NCBI RefSeq assembly: GCF_000195755.1
Contig: NC_002937.3
Coordinates: 1,620,001 to 1,652,000 of the forward strand
Source: Nitratidesulfovibrio vulgaris str. Hildenborough
GTDB lineage: Bacteria; Desulfobacterota; Desulfovibrionia; Desulfovibrionales; Desulfovibrionaceae
Length of the DNA stretch: 32,000 nucleotides
Direction: 5' to 3'
The first letter of the stretch is position 1, and the number at the start of each line of letters is the position of its first letter. Shown piece after piece: positions 29,748 to 32,000 of this stretch. Under the pieces are notes generated by a model. It did no database searches. It was not told the DNA's origin and worked only from the letters and a program-made list of their open reading frames with translations. A program made the translations under genes and the position numbers.

Positions 29748-29960
29748 CTATACCCTGTCGCAGTAGACCCCTTCCATGAAACGTTCCATGGCGTCATCCA
29801 TTTCCGCGACGTAGTCGGCGATGTCGTAGATTCTGTCACAGCTTTCGCAGCGCATGAACACTTCGTGGCAACTGCGCTGTATCTTCAATTGTGCCCCGCA
29901 TTCATGGCAGGGGACGGTTGTCTGTTCCGAACGCGAACGGTTGAACGTGGTTCCCCACAT
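29748..29960 (-). CDS. Small dual-CxxC zinc-ribbon-like protein
   Basis: 70 aa from MWGTTFNRSRSEQTTVPCHECGAQLKIQRSCHEVFMRCESCDRIYDIADYVAEMDDAMERFMEGVYCDRV. AAGGAG RBS before ATG 29960. The track start at 30005 lacks an RBS. Confidence 0.6.
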   Translation of the reverse strand: MWGTTFNRSRSEQTTVPCHECGAQLKIQRSCHEVFMRCESCDRIYDIADYVAEMDDAMERFMEGVYCDRV

Positions 29961-30123
29961 GTGTTGTCTCCTTGTGCCTTGGCGGCAAGGGCGGGGATAA
30001 ACCATGCGTAGGCGTCAGGCAAGAGGCTTCTGTTCGAGGCTTGCAGAAAGCCCCGCGTGGTGTACAGTAGGCCATTGATTTCAATCCCTCGTTTGATTCA
30101 ACCATTGGAGCAAGGAGACCGAC

Positions 30124-30633
30124 ATGCTCAGCCAGCGTATGAACGATGCCCTCAACGAACAGGTGAAATGGGAGCTCTATTCGAGCTATATGTATCTGTC
30201 GATGTCCTCCTATTTCCTGGATAAGGGCCTCGCCGGGTTTGCCAACTGGATGCGTATCCAGGCGCAGGAGGAACTTTTCCACGCCATGCGGTTCTTCGAT
30301 TTCATCGGCGAAAGAGGCGGGCGGGCAGTCCTTCATCCTGTCGACGCGCCCCCCGCAGAATGGAAGAATCCGCTGGATGCCTTCACTCATACCCTTGAAC
30401 ATGAAAGGCTTGTCACCTCGCGTATCAACGACCTCGTCAACGTCGCCATTGAAGAGAAAGACCACGCCACGAACATCTTCCTTCAGTGGTTCGTGACCGA
30501 ACAGGTCGAGGAAGAGGATAGCGTCAACGACGTCCTTAACAAGCTTCGCCTCATCAATGGCGAGGGGCAGGGCATGCTGATGCTCGACAAGGACCTTGCG
30601 ACGCGCGTGTTCACTCCGCCGACGACGGCGTAG
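30124..30633 (+). CDS. ftn: Ferritin (non-haem, Ftn type)
   Basis: 169 aa: MLSQRMNDALNEQVKWELYSSYMYLSMSSYFLDKGLAGFANWMRIQAQEELFHAMRFFDFI...EHERLVT...QWFVTEQVEEE carries the ferroxidase-centre residues in the canonical pattern. RBS AAGGAGA. Confidence 0.93.
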   Translation: MLSQRMNDALNEQVKWELYSSYMYLSMSSYFLDKGLAGFANWMRIQAQEELFHAMRFFDFIGERGGRAVLHPVDAPPAEWKNPLDAFTHTLEHERLVTSRINDLVNVAIEEKDHATNIFLQWFVTEQVEEEDSVNDVLNKLRLINGEGQGMLMLDKDLATRVFTPPTTA

Positions 30634-30643
30634 CGGCAGACAG

Positions 30644-30669
30644 GGCGCGCCCTTCATTCAGGGCGCGCC
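30644..30669 (+). terminator. GC-rich stem-loop after ftn (possible terminator without a clear U-tract)
   Basis: GGCGCGCCCT (30644-30653) pairs with AGGGCGCGCC (30660-30669) around a 6-nt loop. It lies 10 nt after the ftn stop. Confidence 0.4.
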
Positions 30670-30705
30670 GTCCGACCCGGAACGGTCTTTACCCGGAGGG
30701 ATTCC

Positions 30706-32000
30706 ATGCAGCAGGCGCCTCGGAGCATTGTCATCGGTGGCGAAGCGGGGCAGGGGCTTGTGACCATCGGCGACATGCTGGTGCGCACACTTATCCGTAG
30801 TGGTTATGGAGTGCTGGTAGCCCAGCATTACATGTCGCGGGTGCGGGGAGGGCACAACACCTACAACATCCGGGTCGGTGCCGGAGATGTCCTTGCACCC
30901 ACGGATGATGTGCATGTGCTCGTCGCGCTCGACCAGCGCACAGTCACGGAACAGGGACCCCGGCTGGGCGATGGGCTGCTCATCCTTGATGAACGTCTCG
31001 ACCCGGGCTCCCTCAACGCCTTGCGTGTTCCGTTTGCGGCGCTTGCCGGGCGTCCCCTGTATGAGAATATTGCCGCTCTCGGCGTGCTCGCAGCCCTGCT
31101 GGGGCTGGAACGTGCCCCGGTCGACCGTCTGGTCGGGGAGGCTTTCCACAAGAAGGGCGATGACGTCATCACGCGCAACCTCGAGGTGCTTGAGGCCGCA
31201 TGGCGATGGGCATCTGACCATCGTGCCGCATCCGAACCGTTATCCGCGCCGGAAGGGCCGACAGGTCGGATGATGCTGCAAGGGAATGAGGCCATCGCAC
31301 TGGGGGCACTGGCAGCGGGCGTGAAGTTCTGCGCTTTCTATCCCATGACGCCAGCCACATCGGTCGCCCAGAATCTCATCCTTCATGCGGAGCGCATGGG
31401 AGTTGTCGTAGAGCAGGCCGAGGATGAAATCGCCGCCATGAACATGGTGCTCGGGGCCAGCTATGCTGGCGCGAGGGCGCTCGTGCCCACATCGGGCGGA
31501 GGGTTTGCGCTCATGACCGAGGGGGTGAGCCTTGCGGGTGTCATGGAACAGCCCGTGGTCATCGTGCTGGCGCAGCGGCCCGGCCCCGCGACGGGGTTGC
31601 CGACGCGCACCGAACAGGCAGACCTCGACCTCGCACTCTATGCGGGACACGGAGAGTTCCCCCGTGTCATCTTCGCCCCTGCGACGCCCGAAGATTGCTT
31701 CCACCTCACGTACGCGGCCTTCGACCTGGCAGAGCGCTTCCAGATTCCGGCCTTTGTGCTGACCGACCAGTATCTCGCTGATTCCTACAGGCCCGTTGCG
31801 CCCTTCGACCTTGACGCGCTGCCGCCGCTTGCCGAGCCTGATTTCTCCACGGACAAGGGGCCGGAGGGCGACAGGTACAAACGGTACGAATTGACCAAAA
31901 GCGGTATCTCTCCTCGTAGGATTCCGGGGTTCTCGAAATCCCTGGTACTGGCAGACTGTCATGAGCACACGGAACAGGGATACATCACGGAAGACGCCGG
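30706..32000 (+). CDS. 2-oxoacid:ferredoxin oxidoreductase, fused gamma-alpha subunit (KorC/KorA or PorA-like); 3' end beyond the window
   Basis: Absent from the ORF track because it is open-ended. ATG 30706 follows GGAGGG. Translation MQQAPRSIVIGGEAGQGLVTIGDMLVRTLIRSGYGV... is the gamma domain. ...MMLQGNEAIALGALAAGVKFCAFYPMTPATSV...EDEIAAMNMVLGASYAGARALVPTSGGGFALM... is the alpha domain. No stop through position 32000. Confidence 0.88.
   Translation, partial: MQQAPRSIVIGGEAGQGLVTIGDMLVRTLIRSGYGVLVAQHYMSRVRGGHNTYNIRVGAGDVLAPTDDVHVLVALDQRTVTEQGPRLGDGLLILDERLDPGSLNALRVPFAALAGRPLYENIAALGVLAALLGLERAPVDRLVGEAFHKKGDDVITRNLEVLEAAWRWASDHRAASEPLSAPEGPTGRMMLQGNEAIALGALAAGVKFCAFYPMTPATSVAQNLILHAERMGVVVEQAEDEIAAMNMVLGASYAGARALVPTSGGGFALMTEGVSLAGVMEQPVVIVLAQRPGPATGLPTRTEQADLDLALYAGHGEFPRVIFAPATPEDCFHLTYAAFDLAERFQIPAFVLTDQYLADSYRPVAPFDLDALPPLAEPDFSTDKGPEGDRYKRYELTKSGISPRRIPGFSKSLVLADCHEHTEQGYITEDA

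Noticed and set aside
29902-31968. Minus-strand ORFs 29902-30657 (251 aa), 30658-31221 (187 aa) and 31240-31968 (242 aa)
   Set aside because: They are antisense to ferritin and to the 2-oxoacid:ferredoxin oxidoreductase gene, both of which have unambiguous family signatures on the plus strand.
1-32000. CRISPR arrays, IS elements or transposases, integrases, prophage genes, toxin-antitoxin or restriction-type defence genes
   Set aside because: None is recognisable. The only tandem repeats are the three tRNA genes, and no terminal inverted repeats or recombinase-like ORFs were seen on either strand.

Overview
High-GC Desulfovibrio-type chromosomal segment. Sampled coding lines are about two-thirds G+C. 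I found no CRISPR array, IS element, prophage or rRNA. From memory only (no search was run), the gene order resembles the Desulfovibrio vulgaris Hildenborough region that runs from a giant biofilm adhesin through the aldehyde oxidoreductase (mop) locus to ferritin and a 2-oxoacid:ferredoxin oxidoreductase.

Content, left to right:
- N-terminus of a giant type I-secreted adhesin (minus strand, open at the window edge), preceded by a multi-PAS regulator with a CI-type HTH.
- A divergent FadL-family outer-membrane channel, then a SAM methyltransferase.
- An 11-gene minus-strand array (20609 down to 6312), the main item of interest. Order: MoeA-like molybdopterin-binding protein, MOP aldehyde oxidoreductase, six tightly coupled genes, then XdhC, a MocA-like NTP-transferase/HD fusion and a histidine phosphatase.
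- The six coupled genes are a 797-aa flavo/FeS/CCG oxidoreductase, a 71-aa zinc-ribbon protein, a methyltransferase, a C_GCAxxG_C_C protein, a zinc-ribbon radical-SAM enzyme and a PaaK/F390-synthetase-like ligase. They have no assigned pathway. I propose them as a candidate cofactor (pterin/Moco)-tailoring or maturation system.
- A divergent ModE-N-terminal-type regulator with a perfect 7-6-7 inverted repeat in the shared promoter region.
- A Cache/HAMP/GAF/HD-GYP protein and a hybrid histidine kinase, both visibly lower in GC.
- A NifX/NifB-like small protein and three tandem tRNA-Arg(ACG) genes with their own promoter.
- A PNPOx-like protein, an FeS-type PAPS/APS-reductase homologue that lacks the catalytic C-terminal Cys, a small dual-CxxC protein and ferritin.
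- The 5' part of a gamma-alpha fused 2-oxoacid:ferredoxin oxidoreductase (open at the window end).

Many long ORFs in the track are antisense artefacts of the high GC content. Start codons were chosen by RBS and homology logic, and some are uncertain.
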